The notes: a model not told the origin generated them from the letters alone. 45,117 nt of DNA from Bacteriovoracaceae bacterium (GCA_028287765.1 JAQBPA010000073.1:1-45117); one strand, 5' to 3'; shown: positions 32,933 through 42,007, numbered from the stretch's first letter. Numbers and translations: made by a program.

Positions 32933-34846
32933 ATGCTTGTCTCATGTCCAAAATGCGAAAGCCGGTACAAATTACCGGACGAAAAAATTCGTGCAACGGG
33001 AACAAAGGTTCGTTGTCCGCGTTGTCAGCATACGTTTAAAGTTTTTTCGGATTCGCCGGCCCCTGCAGAAATTCCCAAGAAGCCAGAAACACCAGCTCAC
33101 GTACAAAAAAGCCCGCCCAGTCTTTCGCAAGACCTTCCACCGCTTCGAGCAGAAAAAAAATCGGCTCCGCCGGTAGATGAAAATTTTGAGGCTGAATCCG
33201 ACTCCACGCGTACAGAAGCAGCCGATTACTTCGAAGGCGCCAAAACGATGGTTTCACCCCCGTCTAAAAAAACGGATTCAAAAGAAAAAGAACCTTCGCC
33301 GTTTAAACGCGGTAGAACATCTTCAGCTCATTTTAAATCCGTTGGTTCTATCAATGAGGCAACAGAGTTAGATAAGCGAATTTTACAAAAGGAATCTTCT
33401 TACAAGGTTGCTGAAGAATCAGAGCCAGGATCAGAGTCGGAGTCAGAAGAAAAAGCGCCGCTTCGTCCGTTTGGCGATGCCACCTTTGCAGAAATTCAAG
33501 TCAGAGGAAGAAACAAGAAAAATAAAAAATGGATAAGCGTCGCTCTTGGAGTAGTCGTCGTTGCTGCCCTATCCTTCCTTATATTCAACAGTTTTAAATC
33601 GCACCGATCTATTGAATCCTCAGCATCCAAAGTCACCCCGGTCATTGCCACCGCCACCGTAAAAAAATCAAACGGATGGTACAAAGATGATCCTTCGTTT
33701 TATCAAGATTTTCTGTCGCAGATGGCCGCTCTTCCGTTAGAAGAACAACAAAAACCCGAAAATCGCGCACTCATTGCAGACGCTTTAATCTCGAACGGAA
33801 TGATGAACGGTGCTGACGATCAAATCATCAGTGGAATTGGCTTCGCCTCAGGACTCATTGCTGCCTATCCCACCGCAAGTTACGGCTTTTTAGGTCTTTC
33901 AAGTTATGCGATTTGGAAAGAAGATCTTTCAACGCTTGGTGATCTTGTCAAACGATGGCCCGCCGATACTCAGTCTTCTTTAGAATATCGATTTTCTAAA
34001 GCGGTCGTTGATTCTCGTTCTCAAACATTTCGTGCGGGACTAGACGAAATGAAAAAAATCATCGACGAGCAGCCGGATTTATTTAGAGCGCAAGCTTGGA
34101 TTTTACTTCTCGCCCTTGATCATACAAAAGATGCGGAACAAGTTTTTGCTGGTCACAAACTACAAGAGTTCTCAAAAATTTATCAAAAACGAAGGGCTGG
34201 CTTTCGAAATGGAAGTCCGGTTCCAACTCTCTTTCAATCCATTGATAAACGCTTGAGTAAAAAGGGAAGTAATTTTGCTGATACACCCGCAGTCAAAAAA
34301 GATGGCGCTCACGAAGAGCTTGTTAAAGAACCTGTAAGTGCTCCGGTTGCCAAAGCCAAAGCCGAACCCAAAACTCAAGTGGCTGATCAGACGGCGGAAC
34401 TCAATAATCGCGCGGCTCAAAAATTTGCTCAAAAAAAGAATGAGCTGAATAAAAACGGCACGGTAAAAGAATCGAAAAAAGAGTTAAGAAAAAAAGCCAA
34501 AGCGGCGGCTTTAGCTGAAAAAGCAAAAAAAGTTCTTCCTAAAGCGGATCCCGAGCTCATCGCACTCAACAAACAGTCGAGCAAGACAAAAGTTGAAGGT
34601 CAAAAGCTCTATGAGCAAGGAAATCAAAAGCAAAAAGAAAATAAAGTAGATGAAGCGATTGCTCTCTATCAAAGTGCGTTGCGATCGGATCCTGATCTAG
34701 CGGAAGTTTATAAACAGCTTGGTATCATTTATATGAACCGCCAAGAGCGAGAGCGCTCGCTAAGAGCTTTTAAAATTTACCTCCAGCTTAAACCTGAAAG
34801 TGAAGACAGACAGGTTGTCCAAGGTTGGATAAGCTCAATGCAGTAA
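32933..34846 (+). CDS. MJ0042-type zinc-ribbon membrane protein with C-terminal TPR
   Basis: N-terminal CPKCESRYKLPDEKIRATGTKVRCPRCQHTFKV. One TM helix (ISVALGVVVVAALSFLIF). Lys-rich region. TPR-like tail (AIALYQSALRSDPDLAEVYKQLGIIY). Confidence 0.8.
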   Translation: MLVSCPKCESRYKLPDEKIRATGTKVRCPRCQHTFKVFSDSPAPAEIPKKPETPAHVQKSPPSLSQDLPPLRAEKKSAPPVDENFEAESDSTRTEAADYFEGAKTMVSPPSKKTDSKEKEPSPFKRGRTSSAHFKSVGSINEATELDKRILQKESSYKVAEESEPGSESESEEKAPLRPFGDATFAEIQVRGRNKKNKKWISVALGVVVVAALSFLIFNSFKSHRSIESSASKVTPVIATATVKKSNGWYKDDPSFYQDFLSQMAALPLEEQQKPENRALIADALISNGMMNGADDQIISGIGFASGLIAAYPTASYGFLGLSSYAIWKEDLSTLGDLVKRWPADTQSSLEYRFSKAVVDSRSQTFRAGLDEMKKIIDEQPDLFRAQAWILLLALDHTKDAEQVFAGHKLQEFSKIYQKRRAGFRNGSPVPTLFQSIDKRLSKKGSNFADTPAVKKDGAHEELVKEPVSAPVAKAKAEPKTQVADQTAELNNRAAQKFAQKKNELNKNGTVKESKKELRKKAKAAALAEKAKKVLPKADPELIALNKQSSKTKVEGQKLYEQGNQKQKENKVDEAIALYQSALRSDPDLAEVYKQLGIIYMNRQERERSLRAFKIYLQLKPESEDRQVVQGWISSMQ

Positions 34847-35943
34847 TGAAGCCCTCTGAGATTATTCCAAGTTTCTTTCTTGTTGGCGTTCGAGACTTTT
34901 CTTTTTCTAAAGAGCTAGAATCCTTTTTGAAAGAGTTTCCTGTTCCTGGTCTCATTCTTTTTAATTCCCCTTTCGATAAGCCCTCCAATATATGGAGCGA
35001 TCGTGAGTCAGCGCTTGAGGGAATCTACGAATTCATTAAGAAGGCCTCTCAAAATATTAATTTTTTTGCAGTGGATCAAGAAGGCGGACGAGTGAGACGT
35101 CTCAGAGCTCCGTTTATTCATTTACCTTCAGCACAAAAAATCAGAGAAGCTTTCGATAACACCGGAAAAATGGATAAGATCGAGGAACTTTATTGCCTGG
35201 CTGCCAAGCAAATGGCGCTCACAAATATCCATCTAAATTTTGCGCCGGTCTGCGATTTCAGAACAAAAGACTCAAGTAATGTGGTCGGCGATCGGAGCTA
35301 TGGCGAAAACTTAAATGAGGTCTTTCCGTTTGTTGAAGCGTTTTGTCGAGTCTTCGAAAATGAGCAAGTTCATACGACGCTTAAACATTTCCCAGGACAC
35401 GGCCCTACTCGATTTGACTCACACGAACGAATCGCTGTCGTCTTCAAAAATAAGAGAGAGCTTTTTAAGGAAGATCGAGAAATTTTTTTAAAGGCGGCAG
35501 CGAATGCCTCCGCCATCCTGACGGCTCATATTGCCTTCGAAGACGATCCTGAAACGATCTTTTCGCTTGATCAAAAACTGCTAAAGGAATTTAAAAAAAA
35601 TATGCCCGCTCATCTTGTTTGGATCACGGATGATCTTTTAAGTATGAAAGCCGTCTCCGAAATAAAGCCCTGGTTAAAAGCATTTGATTGCGAATACGAC
35701 TTCATCTCTCTCTGCGGTGATTTAGAAAATTCGATGAGAGCGATCGAAGATACTATTCGCTATACAGAGACCTCCGTGAAAGACTTTACGCAAGAACTTG
35801 CCATTGAGAAGCGTGCCAAAAGATCGACTCATCTTTTTCGTGAAAAAAAAGAACTCCCAAAATTCAAAGACTGGCGCTCAAAGATTCTAGAACTTGAAGC
35901 ATTAGGAAACGACTGCCTTGAAGCACTCCAAATCAAATTCTAA
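34846..35943 (+). CDS. nagZ: beta-N-acetylhexosaminidase (GH3 N-terminal domain)
   Basis: VDQEGGRVRRL and KHFPGHG motifs. The ATG at 34846 overlaps the upstream stop (TAATG). The ORF track start at 34825 is a TTG. Confidence 0.75.
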   Translation: MKPSEIIPSFFLVGVRDFSFSKELESFLKEFPVPGLILFNSPFDKPSNIWSDRESALEGIYEFIKKASQNINFFAVDQEGGRVRRLRAPFIHLPSAQKIREAFDNTGKMDKIEELYCLAAKQMALTNIHLNFAPVCDFRTKDSSNVVGDRSYGENLNEVFPFVEAFCRVFENEQVHTTLKHFPGHGPTRFDSHERIAVVFKNKRELFKEDREIFLKAAANASAILTAHIAFEDDPETIFSLDQKLLKEFKKNMPAHLVWITDDLLSMKAVSEIKPWLKAFDCEYDFISLCGDLENSMRAIEDTIRYTETSVKDFTQELAIEKRAKRSTHLFREKKELPKFKDWRSKILELEALGNDCLEALQIKF

Positions 35944-36652
35944 AAAACTAAAAATCGCGGTCACCTTCGATTTTTGCGAAACTCACGGATACTTTCTGAA
36001 ACCTGACGTCGTGAAATCGCTCCGGTCGTTAGGAGCTGAAGTCATTCCACTTCTCTACGATGAAAGTCGAATCAGTGAAGTTTTAAAAGACGTCGACGGA
36101 GTGATGATTCCGGGAGGTGTTGGCGACGTCGATCCACAACTTTACGGACAGAAAAAGAAATTTCAAAATGTAAAAATCTCGAGAGAGAGATGTGATTTTG
36201 AATTTCGCCTTCTCGAGAAGTATTTGCCGATGGAAAAGCCTCTGCTCGCCATTTGTTGGGGACTTCAACTCGTGAATGTGTTTTTAGGCGGAAGTCTCAT
36301 CCAAGACATCGAGAGCGAGCGCGAAGCTAAAAAATTAAGTCCATCGAAGATTCGACATGAACAAGAAGAAGCAAAACACCTGCCTACTCATTGGATTGAT
36401 TTCAAACCAAAAAGTTCTGCTATAAAACTCGTAGGGGCTGAAAAGCTATTTGTGAATTCCACTCATCACCAAGCAATCGATCAACTCGCCAAAGGATTAA
36501 AGGCAGAAGCTTACAGTCCCGACGGACTCGTGGAATGTTTTACCATGAACGATCACGCCTTTGCTCTAGGAGTGCAGTGGCACCCCGAGAGACTCTCAGA
36601 TGACGTAATCATCCCAGCGTTTTTAAAAGCCGCTCAGCGCTTACGTTCATGA
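35918..36652 (+). CDS. class I glutamine amidotransferase-like / peptidase C26 gamma-glutamyl hydrolase (PuuD-like)
   Basis: Nucleophile elbow LLAICWGLQLVN and VQWHPE motif. TTG start overlapping the nagZ end. Confidence 0.85.
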   Translation: MKHSKSNSKKLKIAVTFDFCETHGYFLKPDVVKSLRSLGAEVIPLLYDESRISEVLKDVDGVMIPGGVGDVDPQLYGQKKKFQNVKISRERCDFEFRLLEKYLPMEKPLLAICWGLQLVNVFLGGSLIQDIESEREAKKLSPSKIRHEQEEAKHLPTHWIDFKPKSSAIKLVGAEKLFVNSTHHQAIDQLAKGLKAEAYSPDGLVECFTMNDHAFALGVQWHPERLSDDVIIPAFLKAAQRLRS

Positions 36653-36833
36653 AGGACGCGTTTTGATATTCAAGAAGCTTGACTCTATCCTTGAGTCCCT
36701 TGAGTTCCGTCTCAAGCTCCTTCTTTTGTTTTTTTAGAATGAGCACGGCGCTCACTAAAAAATTACTTCCACCGAGAACATCTGATTCTGTTGATTCGAT
36801 ATATTCTTCTGAATTCCAAACTCTTAAACTCAT
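36609..36833 (-). CDS. small hypothetical coiled-coil protein
   Basis: 74 aa with a strong Shine-Dalgarno GGAGGAG 6 nt upstream of the ATG. The 3' end overlaps the convergent C26 gene by 44 nt. No family recognised. Confidence 0.35.
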   Translation of the reverse strand: MSLRVWNSEEYIESTESDVLGGSNFLVSAVLILKKQKKELETELKGLKDRVKLLEYQNASFMNVSAERLLKTLG

Positions 36834-37005
36834 AGCGTCTCCTCCATTACTCTTCTAGATGCCATGTATCTATTTGATGCAAACCTTAGGCCAAGGCTTG
36901 ACGCGGCGCTAACAACGAATCTCCGCGTGTCATGGAGAATTTAACGTCAGAATTTTGATGGATCAACGTCAACGAACTGCAATTGGCATTCAGATTGAAG
37001 AGAAA

Positions 37006-38199
37006 TTAAAGCGGACACGCATCCACGATTAGTCCGATCGAAGCCTCTCTCAGGAGTAAATCGTCGATCGCGCTCCTAAAATGAACGACTGCATTTTCCG
37101 CAGACGTCTGATCGGTGATCGTAATCTGCTCAACAGAGTCCTTCGTTAATTCGACTGTCTGTTTTCCGGTAAAGCCAAGAAATGCATTTTGGCCGACAGT
37201 GAGCTCGAACGACTTTTCAGATAAAAGCCGAATGGGAGCAATAAAAAAATTGTCTTCCTTAAATTGTCCACCGAACACAGGAAGTAATCGGCTACTGATA
37301 TGAAGCCGAATATTGCGACCATCGTATGAAAAAAGCTCAAATTTTGAAATCTCATTACTCAAAAGCCGCGCTTTCACGCCCGTAAGATTGCTAAAGTCGT
37401 TAATGGCAGAAAGAATACTATTCGTCGTTTCTTTTCGCGAACGGCCAATAATCGAGACTCCGTTAATCACGAAATCTTGTTCTGCCCAGGTCTGAAACTG
37501 AGTGGGAATATTTAGTGGAGTCTTTAGAAACTGTGCTGCAGTGTATGTCGTTTTAGCAGTGACTCCGCTTTGTTCGGAAACTGAATTAATCATTTTTTTC
37601 CAAGCGATCGCCGAATAATCATTGTGAATCGTTGAAACTTGATCGTCAGAAGATCGAGGAGACGGAATCGCAACGCCATTAATTGTAAAATTATCTCGAA
37701 TTGAAAGCGCCGACTCATCAAAAATAATTGGAAAGGTCTTCTCAGCAATTTTGCCCAAATTTTTCATACGAAGCGGTTTGATCTCAAAATCTTTTGGAAA
37801 CTCGTCTCCGGCCAATTTTGAGCGCACGATGGTTGTAAATTTAAAACCATCATTGAAATAATAATGAGTATCCCCATAAGAATCTTTATAGGAAACGTTT
37901 TCAACAATGCGATTTGCTTCTGCCAAGAGTTGCTTTGATTCAGAATTCAAATAAGTTCTGTCATTTGCTCCTAAAATCCCATTACTTGAGATTTGAGCGA
38001 GCTCTCTCTCGCGAACAAAAAGTGAAGTCAGAGCCATAATTTCTTGAAGTGCTCGAAAGCCGATCACTCGTACATCCTCACAACTCAAGCGTGGAATTGT
38101 TTGTGCGCTTATTCGACTTTCTGAAATCATCAGAATTAAAAATGCAAAAAATAAAGTCAGTTTAGTAAAATGCATAATCATTCTTCCCTTTATTTTCAT
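37006..38199 (-). CDS. Sec-exported truncated flagellin-like protein, paralog 2 (two Flagellin_IN-type motifs)
   Basis: Signal peptide MKIKGRMIMHFTKLTLFFAFLILMISESRISA. Flagellin ND1-like helix (LAQISSNGILGANDRTYLNSESKQLLAEANRIVENVSY). Two IN motifs (FTINGVAIPSP...SGVTAKT; FVINGVSIIG...AINDFSNLTGVKARL). CD1-like end (AENAVVHFRSAIDDLLLREASIG). The ATG at 38199 forms an ATGA overlap with the upstream stop. The ORF track start is a GTG at 38211. Confidence 0.7.
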   Translation of the reverse strand: MKIKGRMIMHFTKLTLFFAFLILMISESRISAQTIPRLSCEDVRVIGFRALQEIMALTSLFVRERELAQISSNGILGANDRTYLNSESKQLLAEANRIVENVSYKDSYGDTHYYFNDGFKFTTIVRSKLAGDEFPKDFEIKPLRMKNLGKIAEKTFPIIFDESALSIRDNFTINGVAIPSPRSSDDQVSTIHNDYSAIAWKKMINSVSEQSGVTAKTTYTAAQFLKTPLNIPTQFQTWAEQDFVINGVSIIGRSRKETTNSILSAINDFSNLTGVKARLLSNEISKFELFSYDGRNIRLHISSRLLPVFGGQFKEDNFFIAPIRLLSEKSFELTVGQNAFLGFTGKQTVELTKDSVEQITITDQTSAENAVVHFRSAIDDLLLREASIGLIVDACPL

Positions 38200-39386
38200 C
38201 GTTGAACGCACGATCTTGGCATCGAAGCAATTGAGCTACGATATTCATTAATTTGACCGACCGCAGAATCCAAAATCGAAAGAGCATTCGATGCATTCAC
38301 TTGGGTTAGAATATCGCTATGCGGAAAATCACTCTCGGTAACAGCGATTGTATGCTTTCCGCTGAAACCCAAAATGGGGTAACCCGCCGCAATCTCGATG
38401 GATGATGATGATCGGAGTTTAATTTTTCCGACGAACAAGTTTTCGCCAGATTTTATCCTTCCGCCGGTAATCGCAGCAAATGCATCAGAAGCATTCACTT
38501 CAATATTGCGACCGTCCAAAGCTATTAATTTCAGTCCGATAAGCGTTAGATGATCTGAATCCAAAATAGCAGACGCCCGTACACCCGTTTGATTTGCATA
38601 ATTGTTAATCGCGGTGATCAATGCTGAAACAGAGTAAATACGTGTGCCGGCCAATGGGATCCCATTAATTTTAAGATGCGAATAAATATCTGATGGAGCA
38701 TTCGTCATGTCCATTTTGTCAAGATCGACAAAATTCGTTTGCAGATCTGCAAAGACCCCTGTTCGTCCAGATTGATCATCAATGATCCTAGCTATGGCAA
38801 TGGCAGAGTGACTATTGCCAACACTAGACAATGTATCATCAGAATCAGCGGGAACAGCCAGTGCCACTCCGTTCATCACTAAATAATCTTGAGGAAGATC
38901 TTGACGACAATTTGGATCCAACGAAAAAATCTCAGAAGCGAGACCTCCAAAAGATTTGATTTCAAAGGGTTCAACCTTAAAATAAACTGGCAAACTCGTT
39001 TGATCGATCGACGAATAGAGGAGTGTTCGAAACTGAATTCCATCTTTAAAAACTGCATAGTCTTCCCCGTAAGAATCCGTAAAAGCGAAATGATCGACAA
39101 ATTGAAGAAATTCGCTCGTGCGGCTCGCATATTCAGCGTTTAAATAAAGTCGATCATTTCGTCCCAATGTCCAATTACTTGCCTCTATAGCAAGAGAACG
39201 CTGCCTTTGTACAATCTCATTCAGCCGACTCATCGTTGACTCAATCTTATTTGCCAGACCGATTGTCTCTTCGCAGGTAAATCTCAGTTGAATTTTAGGT
39301 TGGACGCTGAAACGCTGTTTCGTATCGCTGGCAGATATCGACGATCCTAAAAGAATCAATGAAATGAATACTAGATAGTTCCTCAT
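38196..39386 (-). CDS. Sec-exported truncated flagellin-like protein, paralog 1 (two Flagellin_IN-type motifs)
   Basis: Signal peptide MRNYLVFISLILLGSSISA. ND1-like helix (MSRLNEIVQRQRSLAIEASNWTLGRNDRLYLNAEYASRTSEF). IN motifs (LVMNGVALAVP...SGRTGVFADL; LKINGIPLAG...AINNYANQTGVRASA). CD1-like end (ALSILDSAVGQINEYRSS). No D0 segments. Confidence 0.7.
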   Translation of the reverse strand: MRNYLVFISLILLGSSISASDTKQRFSVQPKIQLRFTCEETIGLANKIESTMSRLNEIVQRQRSLAIEASNWTLGRNDRLYLNAEYASRTSEFLQFVDHFAFTDSYGEDYAVFKDGIQFRTLLYSSIDQTSLPVYFKVEPFEIKSFGGLASEIFSLDPNCRQDLPQDYLVMNGVALAVPADSDDTLSSVGNSHSAIAIARIIDDQSGRTGVFADLQTNFVDLDKMDMTNAPSDIYSHLKINGIPLAGTRIYSVSALITAINNYANQTGVRASAILDSDHLTLIGLKLIALDGRNIEVNASDAFAAITGGRIKSGENLFVGKIKLRSSSSIEIAAGYPILGFSGKHTIAVTESDFPHSDILTQVNASNALSILDSAVGQINEYRSSIASMPRSCVQR

Positions 39387-41134
39387 TTTTTTTCTCCGTT
39401 ATGATTTAATTTTTGATTCTCTTCAAATTGCTTTTGGTATTGATCCATTATCTGGAGGGAGTCACGTTGGAGGTTCGCAAGCCCCTTCGGAAGTATTCCG
39501 GTCGACGGATCAATCATTGTCGACAGTACCCCAGCAAAATAGGATGAAAAGCCATTCACTTCATTTTTTCCAGCAAAGAACGTCGTGAGGTCTTCAAAAT
39601 AGTTCACAAGCTCATCCATCAACCTACTTTCGTTAGAAAGAATTTGCGTATCATTATCTTGATCCGAATAACTGGAGTAAACCGTTTCGATGCCCAGATC
39701 CACCAGAGAGTGAATCGATAAATTTTCGGGAAGCTTAGGGACGGCATCGGTCACCGTCGTTGTTAATTTTGAGAACATATAAAGAAGACTTAGATCTCCC
39801 GTGGTCGGACCTGAGATGATCGCCTTTCTGAGAGCCGTAATCAGCTGATTGTATTTCTCGATGAACTTTTTTATTTTGATTACCGCGTTTGAAGTATTTT
39901 CCGTAATGGTCAGAGTCTTTTTCACCCCGGGCTGAGCGGAAATCAAATTCAACGTCACGCCAGGAACGACGTCAGCCACTTCATTGGACTCTCTATATAT
40001 ATCTTCAGCCAGCCCCCCCACTTTGATCTTAGCATTTAGACCCTCGGTTACCGGCATGGATCCGAAAGCTTCAGTTGGAAGAAGTGTTAAGCTACTTGTA
40101 ATGGAGAGGTTAAAATTTGCGCCGGGTGTCGGATCACGATTTGCCTTTCCTGGAAGTAGATCGGTAATATCAATCCGTGCCGCGTTTGCAGAACCGTCAC
40201 CCGTATTGTAAACAGACGCACTAACACCCATATTTTCACTATTAATTTGAGCGGCCAAGGACACCAAGGTTGTACCTGCGACTACCATTATCGCACGCTC
40301 CCGCCCACGGAGTTTGAGGGTTAAAGTCCCGCGCTGAGTTGTGACTGCATTGTTAACTCCCGTGAATGCACCCACCCAACTTTCATTTGTAGCAAGACCT
40401 TCAACAGAAAGTGTAACGGAACTGATACGAGCAGAAACACTTGCGACTCCCGTTACCACGGCGGGATCAGAGCTTTGAACAACTTCAGTTTTAAAATCAG
40501 CAGTCTTTCCAAGATCGTTAACAGCGTTGTTGAGCCCTTCCGTTAAACTCGCTAATTGCTGATAAATTTCTTCCTGTAGCATAATGTCGATAGAAATTTG
40601 ATCAAGTGACTCGGGACCCTTTGGTATTGCTTTTCGAATGGATCCTGAAGCTCGAGTAGAAAAATCCTTCTCGATAGCACGGATCTCATTGATTTTTGGA
40701 CTAAAGAGGACGATCTGATAAAGATCTTCTGAATTATAATATTCACCCTCGCCATCCAATTTTAAGAGAACGCAAATCTCATGCGTTACGAGACGGATCT
40801 TTTGGTCAATCGTGTCGTTGTTCCATTTTTTGAAATCGAGAGAGGTCACCTTGGTCGTGGAGTTACTTCGAGCCCCTCGATCCAGATCGCCGGCCGGAAT
40901 ACATCGCACTTGGCGTCTGAGCTCCCAAATATCTTTTACGGATATTTTTTTATTTGTTTGATCTACTCGAGCTTGGCCCATTTCTTGAATCGCTAAAGTA
41001 ATTTTTGAAAAATAAGAATAATACTGAGAGCAATTGGGCTCGCCGCCATTTCCAATTTCGTGTCCTCCAACGGCTAATGCCGTATCGGCTGACAAAACAA
41101 ACATAAGAAATGCAAAGAGCTTAAAATTTTTCAT
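39383..41134 (-). CDS. Sec-exported FliD (flagellar cap)-like protein with a novel Cys-containing N-terminal domain
   Basis: Signal peptide MKNFKLFAFLMFVLSADTALA. The C-terminal ~400 aa align with FliD: SSDPAVVTGVAS...VTLSVEGLA, TLVSLAAQINSENMGVSASVYNTGDG, NAKIKVGGL...SNEVADVVPGVTLNL...TLTITENTSNAVIKIKKFIEKYNQLI, LVDLGIET. The ATG at 41134 has an AAGGA Shine-Dalgarno. The ORF track start is a TTG at 41152. Confidence 0.75.
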   Translation of the reverse strand: MKNFKLFAFLMFVLSADTALAVGGHEIGNGGEPNCSQYYSYFSKITLAIQEMGQARVDQTNKKISVKDIWELRRQVRCIPAGDLDRGARSNSTTKVTSLDFKKWNNDTIDQKIRLVTHEICVLLKLDGEGEYYNSEDLYQIVLFSPKINEIRAIEKDFSTRASGSIRKAIPKGPESLDQISIDIMLQEEIYQQLASLTEGLNNAVNDLGKTADFKTEVVQSSDPAVVTGVASVSARISSVTLSVEGLATNESWVGAFTGVNNAVTTQRGTLTLKLRGRERAIMVVAGTTLVSLAAQINSENMGVSASVYNTGDGSANAARIDITDLLPGKANRDPTPGANFNLSITSSLTLLPTEAFGSMPVTEGLNAKIKVGGLAEDIYRESNEVADVVPGVTLNLISAQPGVKKTLTITENTSNAVIKIKKFIEKYNQLITALRKAIISGPTTGDLSLLYMFSKLTTTVTDAVPKLPENLSIHSLVDLGIETVYSSYSDQDNDTQILSNESRLMDELVNYFEDLTTFFAGKNEVNGFSSYFAGVLSTMIDPSTGILPKGLANLQRDSLQIMDQYQKQFEENQKLNHNGEKK

Positions 41135-41918
41135 ATTTTTCCTTGGTTTCAAGTTGGGTCATCGGGAGAAGTTGAATACTAAGCGAATAAACTTCGGTTG
41201 GTTTTTCTGATTTTAAAAACTTGGCAAGCCGACGCCTAAAATGGCGGATCATCTTTTTAGCTTCGGGGATTTTTTTGAGATCAGCTGCCACCACCATACA
41301 ACTAAAATCTCGCCACTCGACGGAGATATCTTCAAGGGCACTCGCTGCTCGCTCTAAAGTTTTTTGATGCGACAACCGAATCGCTGGCGACGAAATATCG
41401 GTGGTTGTCGCGAGCTGCTTATCTAACGGAAAAAGTTTTCCATTTTTCACGTAAATGAGTTCGAGGCGCTCTAATCTCTCCAGAGCTCCGCGAACTTCAC
41501 TTACAGAAATTTTTAGGCGCTTTGCGATCCAAAGAGGATCAGATTTCGAATTTTCGGTTTCGCTTAACGAGAGAATCGCAAAGTGAATGGGATCCGAAAT
41601 CGAATTAAACTGATCGAGACTGAGCGTTAAATAATTCTCATCAATGGAATCAATTTCACTCTCTGAATGAAATTGCGCAGACTTCAGCAGACGATTTCGT
41701 TTAACAGGATCCAACTGAAGACGTTCTGCAATTTGAATGGCCACCTTCGGCGTTACCCGACGCTTCTGAGAAAAATATTCCGATAAACGTCCGGGAGGTA
41801 TTTTAAGTGAGAGAGCCATCGCTCGCAGTGAATAGCGAGGATTACGCGCTTTTCTTTCCAAAAACGCAGACGTTAAAATAGCGGCTCCCTCCGAACCACT
41901 CGATTGGTTTTGTCTCAA
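41121..41918 (-). CDS. TIGR02147/DUF4423-like HTH transcriptional regulator
   Basis: The N-terminus FLERKARNPRYSLRAMALSLKIPPGRLSEYFSQKRRVTPKVAIQIAERLQL matches the HTH pattern of this family, which is expanded in Bdellovibrio and Fibrobacter. Overlaps the FliD-like gene start. Confidence 0.6.
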   Translation of the reverse strand: MRQNQSSGSEGAAILTSAFLERKARNPRYSLRAMALSLKIPPGRLSEYFSQKRRVTPKVAIQIAERLQLDPVKRNRLLKSAQFHSESEIDSIDENYLTLSLDQFNSISDPIHFAILSLSETENSKSDPLWIAKRLKISVSEVRGALERLERLELIYVKNGKLFPLDKQLATTTDISSPAIRLSHQKTLERAASALEDISVEWRDFSCMVVAADLKKIPEAKKMIRHFRRRLAKFLKSEKPTEVYSLSIQLLPMTQLETKEKYEKF

Positions 41919-41977
41919 TTAAATTTTCCCCTCGTCTTAAAGGTTAACGAGCGGAGTGAATGGGAGTCAACGAACTT

Positions 41978-42007
41978 GGGAACAAAGTGTTCCCATATCT
42001 GGGAACA
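41978..42007. promoter_or_regulatory. three alternating copies of GGGAACA / TGTTCCC (candidate operator)
   Basis: GGGAACA-aag-TGTTCCC-atatct-GGGAACA read directly, in the 96-nt gap between the HIT gene stop and the regulator gene start. Confidence 0.35.
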
